Source: Carcharhinus longimanus
Taxonomy: Eukaryota
NCBI GenBank assembly: GCA_030264375.1
Contig: JASCQW010000001.1
Span: 68,080,035 to 68,144,034, forward strand
Reading direction: 5' to 3'
Length of the DNA stretch: 64,000 nt
In this document: piece after piece, positions 49,221 through 62,660 of the stretch
How the letters are laid out: each line of letters opens with the position of its first letter
Numbering within the stretch: the stretch's first letter is position 1
Notes under the pieces: generated by a model
Database searches by the model: none
Told to the model about the DNA's origin: nothing
The model's input: the letters and a program-made list of their open reading frames with translations, nothing else
Position numbers and translations under genes: made by a program

Positions 49221-51164
49221 TGAGAAATGTACAGGTGAGATAAGAAAACACAAATGAACTGTGCCAATATTCACTCAGAGGGCTCTCTCAATGCAAGCAG
49301 TAATTACTGCAAAATGAAACAAACCGTACTATCCATAGACTTTCTTTTCAAGGAGCATTTTTTATTATCTATAATAATCTATATGTAGATGTCTCTTGAC
49401 TGTACCATGAGAGAAGCATCAGTTTCTTTTTTATTTTATAAAGAATCCTTTCCAGTTCTGTACTGAATGCAGTACACATTTAAAAAGGGAATTAAAGTAT
49501 TGAAAATGTTTCACCGACACAGTGTCTTCTTTTGTCTTAAGATCTAACAATGAAAAAATAACCATCTTCATGATTAAGACTGTAGGGTTGATCTGCACCA
49601 TAAAGTCTCCCATAGAGCTTTTTGCTGAATTAAGACCTTACCTGTTATAGATCAACTGAGACAAATTTAGTTAATAATTATGTTTTAAATGGTATTTTTG
49701 TTATCTACTTATATAGAATGGCAGCCTTGAAAGTATATCTTTCTCATCACAACTACAGCACTGCTCTTCATTTTTTAAATGAGCAATTATTAGTGAGTTG
49801 GCAAATTGAATATTTAATGTCTTGTTTGATATATCTTTCTGACCCACTCTTATGTTTGGGTGTAATCCAACTCCACCATTGAAGAAGTTAACATAAACAT
49901 TGAATATTTTAAAAATATTTACAGTTCTCCACACCTTCTGTATACCTAAGCTAGCAATTATTCAAATTAGGATAAAATGAAAATAAATGTTGCTGCTTAA
50001 TGTATATTGGTATATGTAGGTTTACATATTTGTACAGTAGATAATTCAGTTACTTTACTCAGAGAGCGCAAGTGCACTTATGTTCTTTATGGGACGAGAG
50101 TTAAATCAAAGTATGGCCTGAACTGATCAGCTGCAGGTTAAATTTTCTTAGATCATAAAAATCAACCACGTGAAAATGAATAATCAGCTTTTTATTTTAT
50201 TTATTCCATGCCAGATAATTTAGATTTTTAAAATAAAGGCATAGCTCTTAATTTTAAGACATTAAAGATCAGGACAGATACAAAATGGATTGTTGGCACA
50301 CTATTGTGTAAAATCAAGATCTACCCAAATACCTTAGTATAATTTAAAGCAATAACAATTAGAGAAGCAATAAGGGGAAGTTAATTTGATTTTTAGACTT
50401 CTACAATTGTTCAACTTCAAAGCCATGTGACATGAAAACAATTCCTAATAACAATTTTACAATCCCTGAAGGTAATATTTGCACTAGTAAGAATTAAATA
50501 ACAGTTATTATTTACTGTTATGTTCAGCAAAAAAGAACTTACTCCCATCAATGTTTCCTGGACATATTAAATAATGCAATAGTTGACATTCACTGTATAT
50601 TGCTATCATCTTGACAATCAGGACACATCTTCAGAAGTGGACTACATTAACAGTCCTCTTGAATTATGGATCATTTATCCATATGAGTGCAATAACTTGA
50701 GACACCAGACAATATTATATAGGGATACTGCTGCAGCATACCTGAATTAGCTCTACTAAACTCGGTTGTAGTAAATTTTAGCACAGGTAATGAGCACACA
50801 TGCCATGATTTTAGGAGCTTATGGTGAATGCCAACAGCAGTGAGCAATGGTGTGGAAAATATGCTTTGAGTTATGAAATATTATTGCACAGGAAAAATTG
50901 AATGTCGATTTCTAAGAACAAAAACAAGCATATTGTAAAAACATTAGCCCCCATTACACATTGAAAGACAGCTAAGTTAGCCTCCTATATCTAATCAACC
51001 TGCTCCACATTTTTGATACTTGAGAAAGTTGTATTTATTGAATCGAATAACCCTTTCCTAGAAATCTGATTCTTACTTTTAATTGTATGCCTCTGATCAC
51101 CATTAAAATTACATCAAAATGAATGGTTACCTTCTGAGAATGCAACTTTGTGTCAAGCTCTCTC

Positions 51165-51262
51165 AAAGCTTGTGATGCCAAATAAGCCTGTTAGACTTTA
51201 ACCTGGTGTTGTCAGACTTCTTTCTGTGCCCACCCCAGTCCAATGCTGGCATCTCCATGTCA
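51165..51262 (+). mobile_element. Family-A Penelope-type fragment (3' half of hammerhead only)
   Basis: AAAGCTTGTGATGCCAAATAAGCCTGTTAGACTTTAACCTGGTGTTG..CCCAGTCCAATGCTGGCATCTCC. Confidence 0.7.
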
Positions 51263-52323
51263 TGGCTACTTTATAATACTTCAGTGCATGAGACAGAAAC
51301 TGGTCTTTCAGTGCAACTGGTTCATGTTGGTGCTTATGTGCTGCACGAACTCATGTTCTGCTTTAGGTGCAACCAGCAGTCCAAATGAAAATTATGCTCA
51401 AAATTGGCCTGGTTTTCCAAAATGAAATTATTGTTCAAGTTTCCATTCAGACTCTTTTGCATAATCAAAGATGCAAAATCTTTCACAATTTGGGCAATGT
51501 TTTAGAATGGAACAATTTATTTGCTTGGAATTAAAAAAAAATTGATATATTTAGGAATAGTAACCTGCTGTTCTTTTATTAAGGCATCTTAATGTAGTAT
51601 AGAGGGATATGGGCCAAATGCAGGCAGTTGGGATTAACTTAAGGGTTTTAAAAAAGAAAGGGCGGCAAGGACAAGTTGGGCCGAAGAGCCTGTTTCCCTG
51701 CTGTGAACTTCTATGACTCTATGACATCTGAAAATAGGTCTAATCACAAATAATGAGTATTTTAATAAGAATGCCTAGTCCACAACTTGTGAGTAACCTG
51801 ATTTGAAATAACTGAACATGACTTTAAATCTTAAGACACAACCATTTACTAGTTTCATTGGTGTATATGAATCTTAATAAATTGAATATTTTTTAATCCT
51901 TAAAAGCTGCTAAAGATGTCTGCTATTGCCCACGAGCCTAAAAACACCTTAACTTTAAGAGCCTGCTTGAGGGCCCCCAATTGGTAGACGTTTGTCATGC
52001 TGATTAATTCACTCTAAAGAGAGACCAGTTTTGTTGATGGGACTAGTTTTCAGTGCAATTATTTTAAAAGCAGTGTAAAAGACCGCACTAGCACAATTTG
52101 TGTTGGCTGTAACTTGCCTTTGAGGTTCCTCAATCTTCTGACCTAGTTTGCCCAATTTCAGCCCAATAGAGACTCGAAGCACAATCTTTGACTTTAATCA
52201 GAGACAGGTTTAAGAGTCAGATACAGAGAATATATAGATTTGGAATAATGTGTTTTGATTTTGATCAAGTTAATTATTATTGCTGTACTGTTTAGTAAAT
52301 TCATTAAATTGTTGTTCCACATG

Positions 52324-52553
52324 CAAAGCAGAAAATGCTGAAAAATCTCAGCAGGTCTCACAGCATCTGTAAAAAGAATATAGAGCTAACATTTGAATCT
52401 GGATGATCCATCATCAGAGCTGGACGAAGGGGCATCCAGAGTCGAAATATTGGTTCTATTCTCTCTCCACAGATACTTTCAGACCTGCTGAGATTTTCCA
52501 GCATTTTCTGTTTTGGTTTCAGATTCCAGCATCTGCAGTAGTTTGTTTTTATA
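52324..52553. mobile_element. Family-B fold-back insertion with two opposed hammerhead motifs and 12-bp TSD
   Basis: 52325-52418 is an imperfect reverse complement of 52419-52514; exact TTGTTCCACATG at 52312-52323 and 52554-52565. Confidence 0.82.
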
Positions 52554-53214
52554 TTGTTCCACATGATTGTGCTGAGGATCCTGTTGCCAGTAGGCATTAT
52601 TGAAGATAATTTTGTGGCAAATTTAAAAATAATCATTCTAATCCTCATGAGCTCAATGTGGCAGTTAGCTAAATTAATCACTGACTTTGTTTTCTGCTGA
52701 TATGTGGCCTTGACAATATTGAGCACAAGACACTTACAGTTTATTAATTTATTGTTATTTGTAGATGTTCACACTTAAACCCAAATTTAAAAACCTCATC
52801 CATCCTACAATGTTAGTGGTGCAAACAATTCCAATTCATACTGTATGAATATATTATATGCGACAAGCTTTGTTGAAATTACTCCAGAACGGTAAAGCCA
52901 CATTTAGAAGAATGAATTGTTTTGTTTGTTTTAAATTTCTTTTGTATCCTTCATTGTTCCCAATTTTATCTCACCTAATTGCTTGACTAAAACTTTTGAT
53001 TTGATTTGATTTNNNNNNNNNNNNNNNNNNNNNNNNNNNNNNNNNNNNNNNNNNNNNNNNNNNNNNNNNNNNNNNNNNNNNNNNNNNNNNNNNNNNNNNN
53101 NNNNNNNNNNNNAAAGCCACATTTAGAAGAATGAATTGTTTTGTTTGTTTTAAATTTCTTTTGTACCCTTCATTGTTCCCAATTTTATCTCACCTAATTG
53201 CTTGACTAAAACTT

Positions 53215-53800
53215 TTGATTTGATTTGATTTATTATTGTCACATGTATTAACACATAGTGAAAAGTATTGTTTATTGCATGCTCTCCAGACAAAACATGC
53301 CATTCATAGAGAAGGAAATGTGAGAGTGCAGAATGTACTGTTACAGTCATAGCTAGGGTATAGAGAAAGACCAACTTAATGCAAGATAAGTCCAGTCAAA
53401 GGTCTGACAGCAGCAGGGAAGAAGCTATTCTTGAGTCAGTTGGTATGTGACCTCAGACTTTTGTATCTTTTTCCCGATGGAAGAAGGTAGAAGAGAGAAT
53501 GTTTGGGGTGCATGGCTGTTTGTCGAGGCAGGAAGTTTAGACAGAGTCATTGGATGGGAGGCTGGTTTGCGTGATGGATTGGGCTACATTCATGACCTTT
53601 TGCAGTTCCTTGCGGTCTTGAGCAGAGCAGGAGCCATACCAAGCTGTGATACAACGAGAAAAAATGCTTTCCAGGGTGCATCTGTAAAAGTTGGTGAGAG
53701 CTGTAGCTGACATTCCAAATTTCTTTGGTCTTCTGAGAAAGTAGAGCTTTCTGAGAAAGTGAGCTTTCTTAACTATAGAGTCGGCATGGGAGGACCAGGA
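53215..53800 (-). mobile_element. Rex1/Babar LINE 3' end
   Basis: Minus strand LYFLRRPKKFGMSATALTNFYRCTLESIFSRCITAWYGSCSAQDRKELQ plus a (TCAAA)n tail. Confidence 0.88.
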
Positions 53801-56800
53801 CAGGACAGTTCAGGGGATAAAACTCACTCACTTTTCCCAGGTTATTTTGTTGTTTTAAAATGCCAGCACATTTTTGTGAGCCATTAAGAACTTGCTTTAA
53901 TTTTCACAATAACAAATTTGATGTGATGTTATTCATTGTTGGAGATATTTTTTACAAGGTTGGTTCCCTTTTTCTTACGTTTTCCCATGGTACATGGAGT
54001 CACCACAATGCTAGTTGATCAGTTCCACATTAACCCTCATTTCTGGATTTGGTGGGTTTTTTTTAACAGCCATATATCCTGCCTGTATTGCCCATTTGTT
54101 TGGACTGGGGACTGTTGGCCTGCACCAGTGGTTGAGTTATATTGTTATAAGGTATTCTAGTTAAACATGAAATCTTGTTTTAACATCAGATTTTCCATTT
54201 GGATTAATTTAAATACCAATTAGCTTGATATATTTTCAATTACAATGACACAAAGTTTCCTTTTAGTGAAGTGTGTGGCAATATTTTGGTTTGGAGAGAC
54301 CATTTTGGAGCTGGGATTAAGAAAATATTCCCAAAGAATAAGTTCCAGACAAGTTCTGTGTAGACTGGTATTGTGACTTCAAAGCTATCAGCTATGATTT
54401 ATTTCAAATTTCTTTTAGTCGATCCACTTTTCAAAATTTGAAGGGCATATTTAGTAGAAGGTCCATGGAATACGATTCATGTCTGCACATAGCCTAGTTG
54501 TTGACTTATGAGCAACAAAAAAAAAAGGAGTCACACTTAACTCAGTCTCTAGAATATAACTGATATCTTTTCATCCATGCTCTTAAAATGTGAAAGTAAA
54601 ATTGGAACTATTGAGGCTGATTTTAACTCTGTAAGTGGGTAGATTTTAAATTGGTTAAATCAGGCCCATTATGTGCTATGTTTGAAGTGTGAAGTAATTG
54701 CTGTGGAGGCTTTTGGTACTTCTACGTTGAACAGTCTTTCCCTTAATTCAATTTGCTCTCAACAATGACTTAGTCTATGCAAGACACGAAGGAAAATAAT
54801 GGAATTGCTTTTCTTATTTGATTTAAGTCTCCTTATTTAAAGCATTGAGTGTGACATTTGATATCAAATAAGTATTTTGTACTTTGTGTTCAAAGGGAAT
54901 GCTTTTTTATTGCCCCAGAATTATAAAAAAACACCTTTCCTTTTCTCATTGTTTAGTAAAGAATAACAATCTTGCTTTTTTGATTGGCAAGCATCAACTT
55001 TGAAAAGTTTTTTTACAGTATACTAATGATCTGGTGCAGGGCATAATGGACTTTACACTTCTTATGCTGATGCTGCAATGCTAATAAAGATACTTTTCCG
55101 TTATGAGCTTGAAACACCTTACGTGGGCCAAAGGGCGTCTCCAGCTGCTGATGCATTAACAATGGAATAAAATGATACGCGGTGCAGTCGGGCTGCAAAG
55201 CTTTTGTTGCCAACATTAAACATGACCTGCGTTGCACATAAAGAAACAAATAAAGGCCTCTTCTTACATTGAAACAGATGGTCACTTTGGTATTACCAGA
55301 ATGGGGAATACCTTATTTCTACTCAAAAATCATATTGCAAAATGGAATAACCTAGGCTTTTTTAAAGTCAAGACAACTAATAATACATTCATGCTATAAC
55401 AAAAGCATCAGAGTTAACGTATATTGCTCTCACTTCACTTTACAACAGTGAAGTTATGGTGAGAATGAAGTCTGAATACAGTTTTAGAGCCCAGAATAAA
55501 GAACAGTGAGATTTCCTGGAGGACCAACTAACTTTGCTTTCTTTGGAGTCAGTTTTTGCATTGACACCTGATTTATACTCTGTGAGTTTAAGATCAGTGC
55601 AAAGCTGGAATGGATTTGCACTGATGTTCAACTTTTGGTGCAAATTCACCATAAGATAAATGTTGTTTACCATCATCAAGAAAATTCTCTTATTTCTTTT
55701 GGTTCAATTACTAATTTTGAATAAAAAGATTTAGCTCTGCAATCAAAGGTGATGTCTGTTAAAGGTATTTTCAATGTTCGTTGCCCTAGATTCCAAAAAT
55801 GTGTGGGTCCTTTTTAATCACAATGCAAATCTTAGATACAAACTGTGTGTCTTAATAATTTTATATTGTGTAGCTCATCTTGGTTTTAGTTTTTTCATAT
55901 TCTTAGTCATCATGATTTTCTTGTGTTTAAAATAAATTCCACTGCAATCAAATCCCTTGTAGTGAACAGCCTGTGGGATGTTTAACTAGAGATAAAATCT
56001 CCAGTTCTGACACTCTAATGTTTGTTTATTTTTATCCGATAATTCTAGCATGACATTTGTTGAAGGATGACAGAGGTCATAATGCAACATCACTCTTGCA
56101 CTTATATGAAGGGTAGGGAATGAAATATGATCACTTAATAGCACATCTCAAGTCGCAAAAACTCACCATAATTTATCTTTGTCAAAACTGCAAGTGTTTG
56201 AATGCTTCTGACAGACCTATTATTCTTTTGTTGAACAGATGAAATAGCCGTTCTTTAAATGCACCCACACTACTTAGAAATAAGAGCCTTTGGTAAGGGT
56301 ATTTGAAGGTCAGAAAAAACGCTTTATGTAAAGCTGGTATTTGTTTCTACTCAGCTGACACTAGTGAATCTGTAAAGTCCCTTGTGCATTTACTTGCTGA
56401 TTACTGTAATAATACATTGAATCACCAGCACTGGCACACATTCCTTTATAATGATTCTTATACTCAATAGATTATTCAATCTAGCAGCATTCAAGCTGTT
56501 AGTTAATTCTAGCTTCTGTGGCCAACAAAAAAACCTGATTTTACCTATTCTAAAGAATTATTGTGTGTTGATGTAGAGATCTCAGAAAAGATTTTGAAAG
56601 AGCATTGATTTTAAGTGCTATATGTATTCTTCATTGAAAAATATTAGAACAAGAATGGAAGTGAACAGCATTTATGAGCCAAAAATGTAAACATGGCACA
56701 ATTCCAGTTGTTAGCCAGTATATGTTTCATTTTACATCATATCACATCCTTTGATATTTTACATTTTCCCTCAGCACACCAGTCAATATCTTGAAAATTC

Positions 56801-56929
56801 CCTTTATCAGGATGAATAACTAATTTCATGGGGCCATCTGTGCTCAAGAGAAGATGTAATACAGCACCAAGTCATACAGCTAAGATGAGGTTCTAACTCA
56901 GTGGCTCAACATTTAAAAGAAGATAAAAT

Positions 56930-57019
56930 GTACCAGAGGGAGGTGGAGGCTTTGGAGAGGGTACAGAAAAGATTTACCAGGATGTTGCCTGGTATAGAGG
57001 GCATTAGCTATGAGGAGAG
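56930..57019 (+). mobile_element. CR1 fragment running into a gap
   Basis: YQREVEALERVQKRFTRMLPGIEGISYEE. Confidence 0.85.
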
Positions 57020-57683
57020 NNNNNNNNNNNNNNNNNNNNNNNNNNNNNNNNNNNNNNNNNNNNNNNNNNNNNNNNNNNNNNNNNNNNNNNNNNNNNNNNN
57101 NNNNNNNNNNNNNNNNNNNNNNNNNNNNNNNNNNNNNNNNNNNNNNNNNNNNNNNNNNNNNNNNNNNNNNNNNNNNNNNNNNNNNNNNNNNNNNNNNNNN
57201 NNNNNNNNNNNNNNNNNNNNNNNNNNNNNNNNNNNNNNNNNNNNNNNNNNNNNNNNNNNNNNNNNNNNNNNNNNNNNNNNNNNNNNNNNNNNNNNNNNNN
57301 NNNNNNNNNNNNNNNNNNNNNNNNNNNNNNNNNNNNNNNNNNNNNNNNNNNNNNNNNNNNNNNNNNNNNNNNNNNNNNNNNNNNNNNNNNNNNNNNNNNN
57401 NNNNNNNNNNNNNNNNNNNNNNNNNNNNNNNNNNNNNNNNNNNNNNNNNNNNNNNNNNNNNNNNNNNNNNNNNNNNNNNNNNNNNNNNNNNNNNNNNNNN
57501 NNNNNNNNNNNNNNNNNNNNNNNNNNNNNNNNNNNNNNNNNNNNNNNNNNNNNNNNNNNNNNNNNNNNNNNNNNNNNNNNNNNNNNNNNNNNNNNNNNNN
57601 NNNNNNNNNNNNNNNNNNNNNNNNNNNNNNNNNNNNNNNNNNNNNNNNNNNNNNNNNNNNNNNNNNNNNNNNNNNNNNNNNNN

Positions 57684-57881
57684 TCACAACACCAGGTTAA
57701 AGTCTAACAGGTTTATTTGGAATCACGAGCTTTTGGAATGCTGCTCCTTCATCAGGTGAGTGGTCAGTAAAGAGCAGCACTCTGCAAGCTCATGATTCCA
57801 AATAAATCTGTTAGACTTTAAGCTGGTGTTGTGAGACTTCCTATTGTGCCTACCCTAGTTCAAAGCCGGCATCTCCATATC
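57684..57881. mobile_element. Family-A Penelope-type inverted pair
   Basis: Minus copy with CAC-CTGATGA-A-GGAGCAGCATTCC-AAAA-GC-TC-GTG (57724-57757), followed by a 5'-truncated plus copy. Confidence 0.78.
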
Positions 57882-59622
57882 AAATTAAGAGGCACCTATC
57901 AGGGGTGATGCTTAAGGTGTTACCATTATTTGTGACAATTATTTCACAACAAGTCATGCATGTATAACAACTTAAATTGTCCCAAGCTGCTTTACAATGA
58001 GTGAAGATATCCCTTGAAAGGGAGCATGCAGTTGACGCCTTCCATGCCCGCTGGGCACCGCAGGGATTGGGGTGCATTATAAACCCTGATAATCATATTT
58101 TGATTTGATGTTTTAAGTTTCCTTTTGACTTTGTTTTTTGTTTGGGCTGTTTCCCCTCCTTTTGGTGCTGCCCCTTTTTATTTGTCCTTAAGCTAATTTG
58201 AGTTTGCTTATTTGGTTGGTATCAAAAGACATACAATGAGTGAAGAAATAGATAAAAGGAATAGAAGCAACAATGGCAAAACACAATGATGTAATACCAA
58301 CCTTTGATTAAAAGATTAGTACTAAAGATTTAAAACTCCAGCATTTAAGAGAATGGAGTCAGATTAATCATTAAATTAGTGAGCACCATGCAAATTCAAG
58401 TGTCTGCTTAACAATTCTAATTGCAGCCTGGTTGGAAAAGCCACCTGGGAGTTTTCCTGTGGCTAGTGAAATCCAGAACCGATGGTTATGATGTCAGGTT
58501 TCCAGGTGAGCTTATTCCACCATGATTATTCTTACCATTCCCCACCCTCTATGCCTTCCAACCCATCCATTCTGGTGCACAGTCAGGGTGAGATATTGGC
58601 AACAGAGCGCAGTTATAAAAAGGCACTGAAAACGAAGGTTTTGGTTTCACTTGCGTCACGTTTGAGAAACCTTGCGTTAATCAGGACTTGATACCAGTAA
58701 ACAGAAGTGGTGCAGAGACAGAAGGGAGAGGAGGCGATGATGGCACATTGAAGGGGATAGAAATCATGCCTGAACATAGGGAGTGACTTCTAATATTTTC
58801 AAATGTACGAGGGCTACGAGGAGTAACTGGGTGGTCCAAAAATGAATGCAAAAGGACCATAGAAGTGAGAGTTGGAAATTTCTAATGAAATGTGTCTGTT
58901 GTGTTAACTGAATTGTACTTGTATCTTCAATTGGCTTGCTAATTGGTGACAGGAGGGAAATAATTAATATAAAGTTCATAATGAGATGGTCAGTACTAAT
59001 CTTGTTCTCAATTGAATTAATCAGATCTACTTCTCTGTTTTGCTAAATTCCATTTTTGTTTGTCAGGAGAAAACATTTGAGGCCAGATTTTGTTGTTAAA
59101 GGGCATACAATAGCATTTGCTATTGCGCTGCATACTTAGGTTTGAAGTAATTTATTAAAAATGTGTACTGATAACATAATTTTGAGAGGAAAGTGGGCAT
59201 CAGGAACGTAAATAAATTGAGCAGGCAATTGTGGTATCTCCTTGACTAATGGGATTGAAATAAACAACACAAGGACTGAAGAAGAAGTGTAATTTAGAAT
59301 GGCTGAATTCAATGTCAACTCAAGAATAGAAGAAAAAGACAGGGAACAAAAGATCATAAATATGAGACAAATGGAACAGTAAGGTTAAGGTAAATGTAAT
59401 TTTTAATATCTCTGACAGCAGTTAATACCTGAAGGAATCAGAGCATACACCTGTAATCATTGGTTTTCAATGCCTCAGAGGCTGATTGGTAGTAATTAAC
59501 ACATATTACATCCTTAAACGGATACTTGAACGAAAAGGATTACATTTTCTGTGGTGTTTGTTGTACTATGCAACTATAGCAACTTTATACCAATGCATTT
59601 CAACAGCCAACTGAAAGATGTT

Positions 59623-61020
59623 GGGGCGATTCTCCCATTCCATTGCATAAATTTTTGCACAGCAGGCTGGGAGAATTTCCCCTGGTGGGAGATGCATGGG
59701 ATTCGCTCATGAGTTCCTGCCGTGATAACACTTCCCAGTGCCAGATTTCTGTCGGCGACTGCTCCGTGCCAGAAATTGATGGGGAGGCAGGGTAAGTATT
59801 TTAATTCCAATCTTAATATAGTTTAAATGCAAGTATCAGGCCTGGGACTGAAGCCTTGAGGCCCGCTAGCCTCTCCCAACCCACCAGAGTATTTCACTCC
59901 AGTTATGTTTACAGCAGCTTGGGGACATTGAGGCCTGACCACACTGGACAGAAGGGGGAGTGCAACTGGGCCCCCCTAGAGGGTTGGGTGGTGCCAGGGT
60001 GCTCCTGGGTATTGGCACCATGGCACTGCCACCGTGGGCCCTCTAGCACTACTCAAGGGCCAAAGTGCTAATGTGCTGGGGCATCTTGGCACTGCCCATC
60101 AGGCTTGGGGCAATGCTAAGGGGGCGGGCCATATGGGGGTGCATCCTGATGGGGCGGGGCTTAAGAACATAAGAACATAAGAACATAAGAAATAGGAGCA
60201 GGAGTAGGCCATCTGGCCCCTCGAGCCTGCCCCGCCANNNNNNNNNNNNNNNNNNNNNNNNNNNNNNNNNNNNNNNNNNNNNNNNNNNNNNNNNNNNNNN
60301 NNNNNNNNNNNNNNNNNNNNNNNNNNNNNNNNNNNNNGTGAAGAAGTTCCTCCTCAACTCCGTTCTAAACCGCCCCCCCTTTATCTTGAGGCTGTGCCCC
60401 CTAGTCCTGCTGTCTTTTTTGAGCGGGAAGAGTCTTAGAGAAGGATGGGTGGGAGTAGAGGGGGCCCACTGCCACTTGGCAGTCAGGATCGATTGGGTGA
60501 AGGAAGGAAGCCAGTGATAGGGGTGGGTGGGGGTGCGGCTTAGCCGGCAGGTGCGGTCAGCCTGCTTTGGGGGGGACTGTGGGGGGACTGAGGGGGCAGG
60601 TTACTGTCAGGGTGGGGGAGGCTGGAGTTCCTGGTAGGCTGGGAGGAAGGGGCATCAGGGCTGGGCTTGAGAATGGTCAGGGCATCATCAATTGGCCCAT
60701 GTCGGGGTGGAGAGGCAGTGTTGTGGAGATCAAGGGGCTGGCCAGCAATTGTGAGGCCATCAGTGCAGGGCCACTGTGCATACGCCGATCTCAGCACTGA
60801 CAGCTTGGTGCAAATGCAGTGGCCCACTCAGTGTGCTGATTTCAGCATCTCCAGTGGGAATAGGCCCTGCCCCTTCATTTTTAATGATATTCATGTTGGT
60901 GGCCTCTGCAGTGCACAGAATGTGGGAGATTTTTCCCTGAACCCCCACTGAAAAGACCACATGAATTACTCCAGTTTTCACGCAAATTTAACACTTACAA
61001 CTCTTTTGGATAAATTCTGG
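59623..61020. mobile_element. Probable non-autonomous Harbinger-type element with nested CR1 tail (60162-60410, minus)
   Basis: GGGGCGATTCTCCC start, degenerate GGATAAATTCTGGC end, G-rich interior; the (CATAAGAA)n CR1 tail is inside. Confidence 0.45.
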
Positions 61021-62349
61021 CTGCCACTTTTGCAAAGCTAACAGTGAAATACCGCATCTTAGCCAGCAACCTATGGATATACTTGTTTTACCACACATCT
61101 GGCTATTGGCTGAAGTTTCTATACCATGTGTATGTAAATAACACCAAACCCTGCAACCCTTGTGGCTGTTTTGGGAGAAATTTCTGGTCCAACTTACACA
61201 ACTCTATTTAATTATCTCATCACTCGCAATACCACTCTTAAATAAATCGGTAGTATAAGAAAACTGAATGACAACATAAGTGCAATATATTGTTGCAAAT
61301 AATGTGAGTCAAATTCTGTTAGAGGATGGTGACCCTTATACTATGATAACATCAATTATGTGATTCTGTACTCCTTCATGTCCGACACTATCCTTATCTT
61401 TATTACCCTCTCACCTATGGCACTTGGTACAGCTTTCATCTTCACCGCAGCACCTTGAAAAGACAGTTTAGTAATTTGAACCCAAACCACCTAAAACAAG
61501 CCATAAATATTAAGTCGTAAATATTATTACGAATAAAAAATGGCTGACAGATTCAAGGGAGTGATTGAACCTTGGGGTTTTAATGACATTGCAAATCACT
61601 CAAACTTCAATCCAGCAGTTTACAGCATCACTGCAATCATGAAAATCCTTGATTCAATTATTGCTTTTTTTTCCTGTCAGCTATAGTGAGTGACATTATC
61701 AGCTAATATTATACTAAGGCATGGATAAAAGTTGCTCTGAATCTTCTTGTCTGAAGGAGCAGACTGGCAAATGGGGATGGAGGGTGGTGCTGTGTGTATA
61801 CGGGGGGAGTTGGTGGTGGTACAATGGGCCTAAAATCAAGCCTATTAACCTCTGCTGGTATTTTATCTATTAAATATCCCAAAGAGTATGATTCCAAGTA
61901 GGGAAGAGAATAAGATGTTCATTTGATTGTGGCCACCTCTTTCAAATATCAGAAACAATATTGTGACTAATATAGCTAGGTGACATCGATAGCATGACGT
62001 GATAATTGGTTGACCTGCCTGCCCTTGCACCAGTTAAGGCCCATAACTGCCCAATTAATGGTCACTTGAGAGCTTCTCCCACCATTGCTAATCTTTTACA
62101 AGCAGCAGGAGGGGGTTTCCATCCCATGTGGTAAGGTCACCAGATAAACGTGAGTGGTTTGGCTGTGGGTTCAGGGGTTGGATCCTTTTCAGGTATCCTG
62201 TGCTGAATGAAGGCTTCTTCCACTGCTAACATTGCCTCTACAAGTTCCCTCCCTAAAACTGTCCTCATGATTGTGGCACATCACTCTCATGCCTAACTGG
62301 TTTCTGTGAAGCCACCTTAACTCACCGTCAAATCCTTCTTCCATGTTTT

Positions 62350-62660
62350 CTTTAATTCATTTTGCAGGATGTGGGTGTCATTGGACAGGCCAGCATTTAT
62401 TGCACATCCCTAATTGTCCTTGAGAAGGTAGTGGTGAGCTACTATCTTGAACTGCTGCAGTCCTGAGGTGTAGGTATACCCACGGTATTGTTAGGGACAG
62501 TGTTCCAGGATTTTGATCCACTGACAGTGGAGGAACAGTGATATATTTCCAAGGTGAGTGGCTTGGAAGTAACCTCCAGGTGATGGTGTTCTCAGGTATT
62601 TGCTGATTTTGTCCTTCTAAATGGTAGCAGTTGTGGATTTGGGAAGAGCCTTGATGAGTT
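62350..62660 (-). mobile_element. LINE 3' end sharing the SINE tail seen at 31440/42249
   Basis: GGCCAGCATTTATTGCACATCCCTAATTGTCCTTGAGAAGG is the reverse complement of the shared tail. Confidence 0.7.

Noticed and set aside
52893-53232. About 120-bp direct repeat either side of a 100-N gap
   Set aside because: Near-identical sequence flanking a fixed-size gap indicates unmerged contig overlap or haplotypes; the same pattern occurs at 24660-24810 and 44740-45665.
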